Positions 38,024 through 51,745 of a stretch of 64,000 nucleotides of DNA are shown here, piece by piece; position 1 is the first letter of the stretch; each line of letters begins with the position of its first letter. The stretch spans positions 53,010,001-53,074,000 of the forward strand of contig NC_135823.1 of assembly GCF_964213995.1 (NCBI RefSeq), in the 5' to 3' direction. The notes under the pieces were generated by a model, which worked only from the letters and a program-made list of their open reading frames with translations, ran no database searches and was not told where the DNA came from. Both the position numbers and the translations under genes were made by a program. Source of the stretch: Mustelus asterias (taxonomy: Eukaryota).

Positions 38024-39741
38024 TCAACAAAGTAACTTTGAGTGCTGGTTCAAAATCATTTTTTATATATAAAGACAATTTCCTTTGAACTTGCAATACA
38101 TTTTTAAAAACAGAGAAAGCATTCAACGTTTATTTTATCATCAGGCACATAAAGGAGGAAGACATTTGGGAGAAAAAAAAACTGCGAACACCTTTTATCC
38201 CTGTTATCAATGCATTTTCTGTTAATTTTTTCTTTTTTCACCCTTCAGCCTGCAGGCTGGCTTGTTGAAAGTGCAGGTTCATGATACCAACAATCATCTC
38301 TTTCTTGTTAGCTAGCCAGTCGCATGTGCGCCTAATGGCAAATGTCAGCTGGCTATTCAACTGTCAGGGCTTCAATGTCACCCCAATCTTGTCGTCACCA
38401 TGACATCCATACTTTCCACCAGGAGTCATCGGAAAGAGATCAACAGAAAGGAACCTAGTTAATTTTTTTCCCTCCCTCTCCCTGAATGCATCAGGCCCAT
38501 TGTATGAGTCCCTGCATTAGATCGGTTAACTCAACATGGATCAGACATGAAGCCTGGGACCTTTATCAATTATATGGTTCAGCCCCACACAAAAAAGTGC
38601 ATTTTCTGTTGAACACCCACTCTGGAATCAATTATATGATCAGTACCATGCAAAAGAGTGCAGTTTCCTGCTAAGCCTTTACACTAGCATTATTAAATAT
38701 GTTTGTTGTTGATATTTTATTTGAAAGGAAAATTGACAAAACAGCAGACAGAAATGTATCTAAGGTGACCTAGCATGGAGCAAATCTGTGCCCACGCAAG
38801 CCCACACATGGCACATGTACATTTCTGAAATTCATCTTTAGTCTCAATTCAATCAAAAAAGTATTTCTCCTTCTTTCAATTCAAGTACATTGGTTTTTAT
38901 TCAACTGAATATCAGGTGAAAAGAGGCATATTGTGACCTCTACACTAAATGGCCAAAGCAACAATACAAAAGAGATCCAATAAAAGATTACAGGGTAAAA
39001 AATGCTACTTGTTGCAAGAACCTGCAGTTCGCAGGCTGATTAATAGTAGGCAACACTCAGGTGTAAAGTCCCCTCGACATATCTGTTATTACACAGAAAA
39101 ACTTTAAAATGCATTAATCATTACCTTTAGATACAGCCAGCAGGGCTGTGTACATTGCACTTGCTAACACACCACTACAATCACACCCAGAAACCATACA
39201 ATGGAAGTGTGCCATTCATAACTTGTACCACATACACGTGGTTGAAGAAGCTCTGCTTTCATTCCAGTGACTTACTTCACGCAGATGTTCACAGATTCCT
39301 GTTCAACCCACATTTTCTCTTCTCCCTAACTTGTCTCTCTGTTCAAATAGTTTTTTTTCTGTATTCTTGTTATCCTCCCTACTCTTGAAGGTTGAAATTA
39401 CTACTGAAATGATTTCATACATGTAGGCAGACCAATTTTGTTTTCACAAATGAGCACTCCTCATTATGCAGGTCATGATACCAATTAGAAGCAGGCACCC
39501 TGCCTGAGTATTTCCTTTGCTAGCCCCAAAATACCTACTGGAGAACCCAACTGTCTCCTTGGCTTGAGGACTGCTAAGAGAGTACAGACCACCATCAATG
39601 TTCAGAGCTTCCTGATCTGTATGGCTCACTACCACACTGGGCAATGCGTTAACCCATCCAACCTTTTGAGTCACGGGAACCATTTCATGCTGAGGGTAAT
39701 TCATTCTGTCTGTCTTCTTTCAACTAACTGGTTTAAAATTA

Positions 39742-39950
39742 ATATGGAGATGCCGGCATTAGACTGGGGTGGGGCACAATAAGAAGTCTCACAACATAAG
39801 GTTAAAGTCCAACAGGTTTATTTGGAATCATGGGTTTTCAGAGCGCTGCTCCTTCATCCACTCACCTGACGAAGGAGCAGCGCTCCGAAAGCTCATGATT
39901 CCAAATAAACCTGTTGGACTTTAACATGGTGTTGTGAGACTTCTTACTGT
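39742..39950. mobile_element. Penelope-like fold-back element, family 1 (PDGFA intron 3); hammerhead core on + at 39866-39894
   Basis: Inverted arms; CTGACGA-A-GGAGC-AGC-GCTCC-GAAA-GC-TC; TSD-like TGGTTTAAAATT/TGGTTTAACATT. Confidence 0.75.
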
Positions 39951-40607
39951 GGTTTAACATTGAACAACCTACCCAGGTTTCTCCACTTAACTACCTTCTC
40001 CCTACAGTTTTGCTCAAGAAAGTATTTACCTTTATAAGCAAAGGAACTTAAAACCCAGAACATGAAAGAGGCAAAATGCACAATATATAGAAAATCTGCA
40101 TGGTAATACAGTGACAAAGTGAACGAAATGAGAATGCACCATACTTTACTTGCCCTTTAGGCGTGTGGGATGAATGGCTTCATGTTACTTGGATTTTAGT
40201 TGCTAAACCACATCTCTCTATTTATACTATCTGGGGATTTAAAAGCATTTGGATTGTGCCCAAAACTGCTGTTTCAGGAGAACCCATACAAATCCATCTC
40301 TTTTGGAAGAGCAGGGAAGTTATACCCAGTGCCCTGGCCAATATTTATCCCTCAATCAACATCACAGTTCCACATGACATGGTCGTGATCATATTGCTGT
40401 TTGTGGGAGCTTGGAGTGCACAACTTGGTTGCTTTGTTCCTTACGTTGCAATAGTGACTACATTTTTTAAGTACTTAATTGACTAAGTGCTTTGGAATGC
40501 CCTGTGGCCATTAAAACGCACTTTATAAATGCAACTCATTCATTTTAGAACATACTCAGATGGTGCACTGCCAGGGGGGAAAACGGAATATCCACTCATC
40601 AACGTTA

Positions 40608-40777
40608 AACTCCAAAGATGTGCAGGTTAGGTGGTTTGGTCATGCTAAATTGCCCCTTAGTGTCAGGGGGACTAACTAGGGCAAATGCATGGGGTTATGG
40701 GCTTAGGGCCTGGGTGGGATTGTGGTCGGTGCAGACTAGATGGGCCAAATGGCCTGCTTCTGCACTTAGGGTTCTAC
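40608..40777 (+). mobile_element. HE1 V-SINE 3' half
   Basis: Family match. Confidence 0.8.
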
Positions 40778-42854
40778 GAAATGCCGCTGGTTTCCACTGT
40801 ACTAATGGTGGACAAACTAAGCTCTCAGCCCACACATACAGGACAGCCATGCAGTTTTACCCCTACAACCTACCCCAACATCGGGCAAGGTATGTGACCA
40901 GAAGCTCAGAGGTGCTGCTGCTACAACTGTTTCCGATTTCTGCTGTCATCCTGCATTCTTCTCTCAGTGTAAGCAGACAAGTTCCAGAGCACCAGGGCCA
41001 GTGGAAGTAGCTCAATATGAAGCTGAATGGAAATCAGTGTACTTAACCAAAAAAAAACATAATTCAACATTTGGAAACTACAGAATAGAATGTGTAAATA
41101 TTTTACTTCCATGCTTCTATTATGGGTGAATTCCAGGTGACTGCAGATCTGTTTGATCAAATTTTAGATAAGAGTTGAGAGAAGCAGAAAATGTCATAGT
41201 CAGGTTCAATCCCTTTTGAGAAAGGGATGTCTGGCTTACAACCAGGTCAAGTTAAGTAAACTGAATTCGCTGACTCCAAAGGTAGGATGGATCCGGGAGA
41301 GAAAAGCATAAAAAAATATACTGGTTGAGGTTTCCACTGCTAATTATTATTCAATGGATCGCGCTGCAAAATGTACTTGGAGAAGGACAGAATTGATCCC
41401 GCTGGACCATACAGCAACAAAATAACCCATAACCATTCATGAGCTCACACGTGTAGAGTAGACATTACATACAAAGGAAATTTACCCCATTATTAACGTT
41501 CAGGACAGAAGGGGTGAAAATATGGTCAGGAACAAAGAGGGAGAAGTAAGCTGAAGTAAAGAAGAACAGTTATAATTTCTCTGTAAGTTATCCAGTCACC
41601 TGAACTTTAGTGAAACAATGGATGTATTAAAATAAAGATCCTTCTGCTGCTATTGGATGTCATTAGCTTCAGGAACACTCCCACAATTTGGAGGCACAAT
41701 AGTGACATCTAGATGCTCAAAATCAGTACAACAATTTCTATCCTATGTTATATCATCATTATTTTTCCCTTTCTCAAATAAACCAGGGTAGGCCACATCC
41801 AGACAGTTAACTTGACTTTGGCTCAGACTACACTAAGCTTGCCCAATTTTCATTTTGACAAGTGTCTTTGCAATCGTTGCTACTACTATACAGAAACGAG
41901 GAGCTTTGTAGAGCAACATTTTTGCTCTCTTTTTGACCAAGTGAAAAGAAAGTTATAAAAAGTCTTTAGTGCCAATACTTCAATACCAAATACTTGTCTT
42001 AAATTTTGTTAGCTTATTCGGGATTTCAAAAAAAGTCACATACTACCTATGTATAATAAATGCCTCTATGGACTGCTCTAGTATACAGGGATGTATTAAA
42101 TGTCATAGCAGTTTAGTCTATATTCCAGTTGATCATCAGCCAGGGTGCAAGTCTATCCCAGTTTTGTCTACTCCTGTAGCTCAGTTACTGTTTGCTCAAA
42201 CGTAACAAATGAAAATCCTTATAGCTGACAGAAAACAGTCTTATGTTATTTGACTGTTCTGGGTAGATTGATGCAGATATAAACAAGTTTTGCAGAAGCG
42301 CTGTGTATCTTTAGCTTCTCTGCAACATGTTGGGACATGAATTTGAATTTAAGGAATTTATTGGGGCAGGTTTGCTTGTAGGAGGATTTTCCACAGTATG
42401 TTCCAAGTGCACTAAACAACTGAGTACTGTAGAAAAAAAAATCAAGGGGGGGGGAATATTAATAAATGGCCATTTAACTTCTTTTTTATATTTTATACTG
42501 CATTCGGGTAAAAGAAATAAAATATTGTTGCTTTGTACGCTAAAAGAGAATTTGCCTGTCTGATTAACGGAGGGTCTACAAAAACACTAATTACATAAGC
42601 TACCAATGCAAACGCATTAGTTTTAAAACATGTTCTTTTGAAAATGCCACAAGTTCAAAGGCAGGGCTCAGAATCTATCATTACAGCACTATAACAGGAT
42701 TAAATTGATCTTAATAACACAATAATCAATAACACGCTGTTTTGACATTTTTCTCATGAGTAAATCAACTAAATTATCACCCTACAAATTTCTAGGATAA
42801 ACCCGTGATATATGCAGCAGGCTGAATGTGTAAACCTTTAATTGTCTGTGCTTT

Positions 42855-43400
42855 GACTGGGTCTGCATTCTCTGGAGTTTAGAAGAATGAGAGGGAATCT
42901 CATTGGAACGCACAAAATTCTAACAGGGCTAGACAGACGGGATGCAGGGATGATGTTTCCACTGGCTGGCGGGGGTGAGGGGGTCTAGAACAAGGGATCA
43001 CAGTCTCAGAATATGGGGTAGGCCATTTAGGGCTGAGGTGAGGAGAACCGTCTTCATTCAGCGGGTGGTGAACCTATGGAATTCTCTACCACAGAAGTCT
43101 GTGGAGGCCAATTCATTTAATGGCAGGAACTCTACCACCACACCCGCCACGGAATCGGCACGGGTGAGGGTCTGACAACGGAAATCTCTGATGACCTCGG
43201 GTGGGAATTTCCAGTCTCACCCAAGCAAGGCTGTAAAATCCTGCCCAATATATTTAAGGAAATAGATAGATTTCTAGATTTTAAAGGCGTCAACAAGTAT
43301 GGGGAGAGAGTGGGAGATTGAAGATCAGCCATGATCATATTGAATGGCAGAGAAGGCTCAAAGGCCGAATGATTCTCTCCTGCTCGTATTTTCTTTTTCT
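42855..43400 (+). mobile_element. CR1 3' fragment interrupted by a MITE (43122-43246)
   Basis: RVVNLWNSLP remnant; LINE sequence resumes after an AAT duplication. Confidence 0.8.
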
Positions 43401-43961
43401 ATATTTAAGCTGGTGCTACATTTTGTTTTTACAGTAAAAAAAAGTGTGAAAAGGACAGTATGGAAAGGGATAATCTACTCAATTACTAAATCCACTGGCT
43501 ATACAGAGCCAGACCGACCAAGAAAGTCCCAGACTCAATCTTTAGCCTGTGAAATATTACCTGAACGTGCTTGGATAATGGTTATAATACAAGAGTTAGC
43601 TGTGGGAGTCGGGATGAAAGAGAATGAACAGGGCTCCAGCACCTGGTCACTATCTAATGACTTTAACTGGAAGGGTTCATGTGCATGTCAGATACAGAGA
43701 GGATGCTCACTGGTGGTCAGATAGCCTGCCAATACATACTATCTGGACTTGCTCATGACGACAGGCTGCCAGCATCCATGAAGCTATACCCCAGGTTGGG
43801 TCGGTGCCTTCAGGAGAGACGGGGAGAACAGGATTTAATTGGCAAAACCACTTTAAGTAGCAATTTGTGAGCGGTAAACGCCTGCAGGGAATTCTATTTC
43901 TAAAAGAACCATGCTAAAGAAAATGCTAGAAATACTCAACAAGTCTGGGAGCATCTGAGGA

Positions 43962-44237
43962 TGGTAGTCATGATGTGGAGATACCGGCGTTGGACTGGGG
44001 TAAACACAGTACGAGTTTTAACAACACCAGGTTAAAGTCCAACAGGTTTATTTGGTAGCAAATAGCTTTCGGAGTGCTGCTCCTTCGTCAGATGGAATGG
44101 ATATCTGCTGTCTGCAGATATCTGATATCTGCAGATATCCACTCCATCTGACGAAGGAGCAGCGCTCCGAAAGCTAATGGCATTTGCTACCAAATAAACC
44201 TGTTGGACTTTAACCTGGTGTTGTTAAAAACTCTTAC
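43962..44237. mobile_element. Penelope-like fold-back element, family 1, inserted in a family 2 relic (intron 3)
   Basis: Inverted arms; TSD AGCATCTGAGGA (43950-43961) / AGCATCTCAGGA (44238-44249). Confidence 0.75.
44144..44180 (+). ncRNA. minimal type I hammerhead ribozyme motif
   Basis: CCAU-CUGACGA-A-GGAGC-AGC-GCUCC-GAAA-GC-UA-AUGG; stems I and II fully paired. Confidence 0.72.
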
Positions 44238-47001
44238 AGCATCTCAGGAGACAGAAACAGACTTGAGGGCAGGATTTTCAGGTCTCCCCTTCCCCCGGAC
44301 TGAAAATTCCTGCTTTCTTTCCATCCCAGCATAAAATCGCTGCGAGGTCGGGATGGACAGAAACCTGGAGGGAATCCCTTCCTTGCAATGTCACAACCCC
44401 CTTCCCTAACCTCACTTCCCCAAAAGCCTGTCAGTGTAAAATTCAGGCTAGAATGGACTTATAGCACTCTGAACCTTGCAGTATTTCTTTGCAGTTTTAA
44501 GTTATTTTATTTTGTCCTTGCATCTTAATTCTCCAGCAAAAATAAAGTCTTCCTTGCTAAGGAGTCAGCTTCTTTGCCTCTGCCAACGGTCCTCATGAGG
44601 TGACAGCTAGGATCCACTGAGATAGCTCACTCTCCAACCAACACGTTCCCCTGCTAGTTTATGATAGAAAAGAGGCGCACTATGTGGTGACTCACGGACC
44701 CTGATATTCGAAAGCATACATGTTTCACCTACAGCGCCCTCTCATTTATATTACTTATCAACAAGTGCCATTTCAACAAGCCTGCACCTCCTTTCCAGGT
44801 TGGAAAACACACCAGCACAGACTGGGAAGTTAGTGACGGGGCTATATCACTACATTCCTTATGCTTTGACACCTCTCTCCTTGCAAGAAGGACTCCACAG
44901 ATTTTAGAATCACCCATATCATCTCAAGATAAGATCACTGCTTCACTGTTTAAAACAATTTAGATAAAGTAACAAAATAGCACGTTTTCACCCAATGTAA
45001 AAATGCAATATGACTTCAGTTTAAATATTATGAACAATTTAAAATCCGGTATGCTTGTGTTATAAAACGTATTCTGTCTAGTCAGCATTGCATTTGCATT
45101 TTAACATATTTTACCAGTGTCACAAAATCATGGATTTGTAAATGGAAGATTTGTAAATGGAGATCTGCGAAAGAATCTTATGGAGTCCCTGAAGCCATTT
45201 TATTCTGCACATGTTGACTTTCTAGCAAATTATTTGTTGTTTATCTTTCTTGTATTCATTCATGAGGTGTGGACATTTGTAGCCCATCCCTAACTGCCCA
45301 TTTTAAGAGTCAACCACATTGCTGTGGATCTGGAGTGACATGTAGGCCAGGTAAGGATTGCAGGTTTCCTCCCCTAAAGGGCATTAGTAAATCAGATTTT
45401 TTTTTTACGACAATTGACAATGGTTTCATGATCACCTTTAGACTTTACATTCCAGATTTTTTAAAAATCGAATTCAAATTTCACCATCTGTCATGGTGGG
45501 GTTAGAACCTGGGTCCAGGGAGCATTACCCTGGGTCTCTGGATTACTAGTCCAGTGACAATACCACTACACCACTGCCTCCTGTAACCTATTTTCTGTAA
45601 TGACAGTTTTCCCTCAAGTAATTGGCACTCGCGGGAAATTCAGTGAGGATGTGATTCTGAGGCAGAGCCTTGTCAGTAGCAACCATGATATTGAGCATCA
45701 GTGCTTTGGAGTTATAATCTTTTTTCTGACGTACATCTGTTGGAGCTGTACCCTAGATGTGTGGCCTTGATGAATTTGTCCTACTGTCTTTTGGGACTTA
45801 GAGGTGGATGGGGTGGGCTGGGGGGGGGGGGGGGGGGGCAGATGTTCCCTCAGGGACATCTCAATATTTTTGTGAACATACACAGAGGAAAATATTCCAA
45901 TAGCACCATCGTGTATGCAAGGTATTGAAAGCTTGCAAATACCACCCGGATGGCTCACTTATAGGTTGGCAGCTTAATGTGGAACTGGACTGGGGAAGGG
46001 AAAAGCAAAATCAGCCAGGTCCCTGTTCGCTAACTAAATAGCCTGCTAAAAAGATAAGTCATACAGACAGCAAGTGTGGCAGGACCAGCCTAAAATGTGA
46101 TGTCCCCATGGTGGAACAGCCAGCCGACAATCACTATCTAGTTGTGCACATGAGGAATGGGCATGTGAAGATTTACTGGGGAGTGGGTGGAAACATACGA
46201 AGAGGAGGGAGAGTTGGAAAAACAAAGAAGAATTCCAAGTAGCATATTTCTTACATCATGGCTTTCTTCTTATGTTGATTCTACTGAAATTACATATGGT
46301 ATATCAAAGGGCAGCAGCATCAGCGAGTTCAGATAACAGTATAAACAGCAAGAGAAGCCTGAACACTTTGTCAATATTAAGTCAACTGCAAGGTGTGCTA
46401 TGTCCTTGAGCCAAACTGCCGCTGGAGGTATTCCAGATAACATTTGCAGGTGCAGAACAGCTTACGCCATTTTCTGCATGGTTTGGGAAGTGGGGGTGGC
46501 TTGGTGAGGTGAGAACAGAGACAGATTGCTAGTTTCAACAGTCATATGACATGAACTACATTGATAAAGCACTTGTATTCCATTGCATCATACAACAGAA
46601 TTGTGCATCCAGCGCACACTGCAAAATCACATCTCAAACCACCAACTAAAGGAACATGAGCTGAGAATTTGTGTAATTTCAAAAGTTAAACAAAGTCCCG
46701 TGTCACAGTGAAATCACCTAACCGGAATGACATCTGATCTAATCTACAACCAATTCTCAAAGCAAAATTAGAATCACATTGCCCCTGTGCAATTCTGCAA
46801 TGCTGAAAAATGTTGCCTGATGCAAAAGAACCATGAAGAACGGTTCAATGATAGTAATCACTTCCATATTCACATTGTTGGTAAATCACTGTAATAAGAA
46901 ATTGGTAGGTGTATCAAAGTAGGTATCACTGAGTAACAAAAATAAAGTTGTACTCAGGAATGTCTGTTGCAAATAAAATGATAAAACTAAACTAAACTTA
47001 C

Positions 47002-47106
47002 CAATACTTCGCCTTCTCCTTATAGGTGCTGAGCGCTTTGTATACTCATGTTTTATTGCATTAATACTGTGAGACCTTAAATTAGATTCTGAGTGATCAT
47101 CATCCC
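47002..47106 (-). CDS. PDGFA: PDGFA exon 3 (GDDDHSESNLRSHSINAIKHEYTKRSAPIRRRRSI; furin site)
   Basis: 105 nt, phase 1-1, acceptor tcacag, donor gtaagt; ends in RRRR|SI processing site. Confidence 0.95.
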
Positions 47107-47262
47107 CTGTGATATAAGGAAAAATAGAACATATCAGAACAGCCATATTATTTGATACATAAGTACAATGTTAATGATAACTGCACATATTTTCGTACGT
47201 CATGTTGACTCTCATTATTGCTACAATGGAAACCACAGAATATGATTCATATTACTCCCAAA

Positions 47263-47563
47263 GGTAGGGGAGTCTAAAACTAGAGGGCATAGGTTTAAGG
47301 TGAGAGGGGGGGATACAAAAGTGTCCAGAGGGGCAATTTTTTCACACAGAGGAGTGGTGAGTGTCTGGAACAAGCTGCCAGAGATAGTAGTAGAGGCGGT
47401 TACAATTTTATCTTTTAAAAAGCATTTAGATAGTTACATGGGTGCGATGGGTATAGAGGGTTATGGGCCAAATGCAGAGATTAGCTTAGGGGTTTAAAAA
47501 AAAAGGCAGCATGGACAAGTTGGGCTGAAGGGCCTGTTTTCATGCTGTAAACCTCTATGACTC
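47263..47563 (+). mobile_element. CR1 3' fragment
   Basis: VVSVWNKLPE...FKKHLD remnant plus tail. Confidence 0.75.
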
Positions 47564-48691
47564 TTGCAATCTACAAGCAGGTACAACAGCCAGCATGCTA
47601 TTTAACTACAAGAAGCATCACAACCAAGCCCATTCCTACCCTTATCTGATGTCTAGACATGCAAGTTTCTGAGCAGCAGCCCAGGACTTCTCAGAACAAT
47701 TATAGTGCTCCTATTCTTTGTGTTATCATATAATATACACAGTTCTAGTTCAGATACGTAAGCACAACAGACACCGAAAGTGGAATCTAAATACGTCCTG
47801 ACCTGGTTTGCTCAGTACTACACCAAATAGTACATTCACACACTATTGTGGGAGTTACCATTAGTTTTTTCAATGGTAAATGCACACACTATACAATACT
47901 GCTAAGTGCATTATCCTCCTTTGAGTACTCAAACTGTGGATTTGAACTCATTCATATTTGTGAATCACTGCAGGATACAAGTTACATGTTACTATTTATA
48001 CCAATCCAGAAATAGTTCATGGACACACATTGTATAGTGTCAGGAAATAAAAGTCAGGGATTTAGTCTCACCTGCATGTTGTCTTTTATTAACCGACGGC
48101 ATACAATTATTTCCTCCACACAGTGATTGTTGTGATGTTTTAAAATTATTTTCTCCCCGCCTTCCTGAACTGAAGGCACTAAGTCCCTAACAGTTTCACA
48201 CCCGGCTACACATGGGTAACTGGCCTAAATTCATGTATATATCTTTACAATGTGCTGGGCAAGGAAGAGAAAGAGGGTTTCATAGGTAAGCCCAAAAACT
48301 ACACATACATTTCCAGAAGGAATCGCTGAATAACAACGGGCCGATTTCTTCCTTCATTAACATAAGGATGCTGCAGCTACTCCTAGTATCTCTAACAACT
48401 ATCTCAGCTGAGATCAGTTGATTCATCGCAAACCAGCGAACAAACCAACCACCTCCTATGTCTCCACCTCTAAAGGTTTGTGGGAGCTTTGTGATTTCTT
48501 CATTAAGCTAGCACTACATTGCACTAATAATGAACTACAGAATTGCATTAAAGGTGAACAGCACTTCTATAAATGTCTCACTGCAATTGACTAAGCAGTA
48601 TAGTCTAATGCTGAATTTAGAATAATATTCAAAATAGTAATTTTCTGGAACCCATGTTCTATTTATTAGATCATATTAAGATAGAAGGACT

Positions 48692-49012
48692 TCATAGAAA
48701 CCCTACAGTACAGAAAGAGGCCATTCGGCCCATCGAGTCTGCACCAACCACAATCCCACCCAGGCCCTACCCCCATATCCTACCCGCTAATCCACACATC
48801 CCAGGACACTAAGGGGCAATTTTAGCATGGCCAATCAACCTAACCCGCACATCTTTGGACTGTGGGAGGAAACCGGAGCACCCGGAGGAAACCCACGCAG
48901 ACACAAGGAGAATGTGCAAACTCCACACAGACAGTGACCCAAGCCGGGAATTGAACCCAGGTCCCTGGAGCTGTGAAGCAGCAGTGCTAACCACTGTGCT
49001 ACCGTGCCGCCC
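48692..49012 (-). mobile_element. HE1 V-SINE, CR1-like tail
   Basis: Full-length family match. Confidence 0.9.
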
Positions 49013-50509
49013 AATTCAATGTTCAATATACCAATGGTTAGATATTTTTCTTTAGGACATGGACATGAAGTAATACAAAGGTACAGAACGCGTGTAATCG
49101 GTGTGTGATCCTCTCCACTCAAATTTTCCTCAATGTGTGGCCTTGAGCAATGTTTTCTGGGCAAACACCACAGAGAAAAATTAAAATCTAGGGAAAGTTT
49201 TGGGGTTTTCATTAAAGACTTTCTCTGCATAAAGTGGCACTGAGCCACAGAAACTAAGAAGTTCCAATTTTGTTTTCTTGGTAGGTACTGAGATGTTGAT
49301 TTCAAGTGAAACACAGTAGGGATGCTAGAATTAGTTTCAGTGACCCTATGCTGGTCCAGGAGAATTCCACTTCTAATCATTAGCCATGTTTGGAAGGGTT
49401 GCATGTACTGTTACCCAGTAAGGGCAGAAACTGTTAGAGATTCAACTGTCTGGGTTCACACACGAAGAATGGTCATTGGGATGAAGTACTAGAAGGTATC
49501 TAGCACCTGTAGAACCAAAGCCCAGTAAGGAGACAGCAAGAAAAGTGAGATGGGTGAAAATTTCTCAATATCATGTCTGTGTTGCCCTTAAATTGTTATG
49601 GAATAGAACTTCAATAAATTGTTCCAATTCCTGTGAAATGTTACTGTATGTACCAGATCTCTTTCTACATTTCACTTCCAGTCTTTGTGCTAAATGTCAA
49701 ATTCATAATCAGCTAAGTTAGGCAGTGAATGTACACATTTACTGATCAAGTCTAACACAAAGAGCAATACTGTGCTGCAGATTTAAAATGACATTTCAAT
49801 GTACCACTGAAATGTAAACCATGAGTAATCTTCAACCAGTGATCATGACTGAGAATGAATGATAACACGAGCTTAGCCAACAAGGCCATTATATCGTTTT
49901 CCAGCAGTCTATCTCAAGTTTCATAGCCTCACAAAGCATACTGCACCTCTGTCGATATCGCATAACTAGCAAATTGATAGCTTGGGGATACTGTGCTACA
50001 TTGTCTATTTATGGTTACTAATAGTCCCCAGTTAAAGACTCCTGTAAAGGTGTGGGAACAATTGCGATAAATGTGACAGGGCTATTAAGCTGGCTGTTCC
50101 ATAGGGACTTTTAAGTTTGCTCCACATTTCTTGTGAAGTTGACAAAGCCAGTGAAAGGGAACTTTTCAGATGCAGAATAGGGCCCAAATTACCAACATTT
50201 CTACACACAGATCTCAATTTTCCTGTCAGAATGCACCCACATTAAACAGTTTCAACATGAAAAGCAGGCAATTACTTTAAAATTAACAACAGTAATAAAG
50301 ATTAACAAAGCTGAGAAGAAAGTGGTGTGGCAAAACAGGGTAAAAGGTAGAAAAAAAACAGGAATACATAAGATTAACTAAATCAGTGAACAAATGAACG
50401 AGTAGGAAATTGATATCTGAATGTAAGGAGAGGAAAACAAATGAGAAAAGCCAAAGAAAAGACTAATATAGGACTAAAGGGGATTAAAAAACAAACCCCC
50501 CTCCCCACG

Positions 50510-51270
50510 AATCAACTGATTATTCCCTTCCCTAGCTGCTGACTCCATCCTTCTCCCTGGCAACAATCTGAGATTAAACAGTTTGTTTGTAACCCTGGTG
50601 TCACATTTGACCCCTGAGACGAGTCTCTGACCTCATATTTGCCACCATTTCCACCTCAGTAACATCAACCAACTTGATCGATGTCATCTGCTGTTAAAAC
50701 CCTCATTCATGCCTTCATTACATCAAGACTTGATCATTCCTTTGCACTCCAGACTGGTGTACCAATTACTCTCCTCAGTAAACTTGAGGTCATCCACAAC
50801 TCAGCTGCACGTGTCCTAACTTGCACCAAGTTCTGTTCATCTTTCACCCCAGGGCTCGCTGAGCTACACTGGTTCCCAGTCAAGCATCACCCTGACTTTC
50901 AATATGTTCACCCTTGCTTTCAATGGCCTCCCCCCTCCCTATCTCTGTAATGTCCTCCTGCCCCACAATCCATTAAGGTATCTGCGCTCCTCCAATTCTG
51001 GCCTCTTCAGCATCCCAAATTTTAATTTCTCCACCATTGGTGGTTGCACCTTCAGTTGCCTAGGCTCTAAGTTTTGGAATTCGCCCCTTACTTCTCCTCG
51101 CCTTGCTTTCCTCTTTTTAAAATACTCCTTAAAACCTACCTCTTTAATCATTCTTTCAGTTGTCTGACCTAATTCAGTGGCTAGGTGTCATACTTTGTTC
51201 CACAATACTCCTGTAAGTACCTTGGGATATTCTATTATGCTGAAGGCACTATATAAATATAAGTTGTTGC
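50510..51270 (+). mobile_element. L2-clade LINE 3' fragment
   Basis: LIHAFITSRLD...NSAARVLT...LHWFPV remnant; tail ggcactatataaat. Confidence 0.8.
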
Positions 51271-51745
51271 TTTGTTGTTATTGCTGAGTTGTGATTCACA
51301 GACATTAGGAACCTGTCGACAGCTTGACATTCCTCACCTGTAAGCTGTTTGGAAGTGTTTGCAGGCTGCTTGACTATAGTAAAGGTGAACGAGGCACAGC
51401 AGAGCCCAATTTGGTCCTGCCAACACACATAGGCACATGCACAAACACACTCTCTCTTTCTAGAGAAAGCACCGACAGGAATTTGGTATAGGATTGATTT
51501 TTCATCTAACTAGGGAACATAGCATTACTGTGATACTAAGGCATTTCTGATTTGTACAGTCAGCGACGCACCAGGGAGCATCGTTACCCACTATCCCAAC
51601 AGGGGAGTCGCACAGCAGCTGTCTTGGTTACTACATTTCTTGCTTACACATTGAGTGAATAAAATTTATAAACTGAAAAATGGACCATTGCAGACATTTA
51701 AATTTCTGGGAACGTCGTGGTGTTGATGATCCGTAGCAGGCAAAT

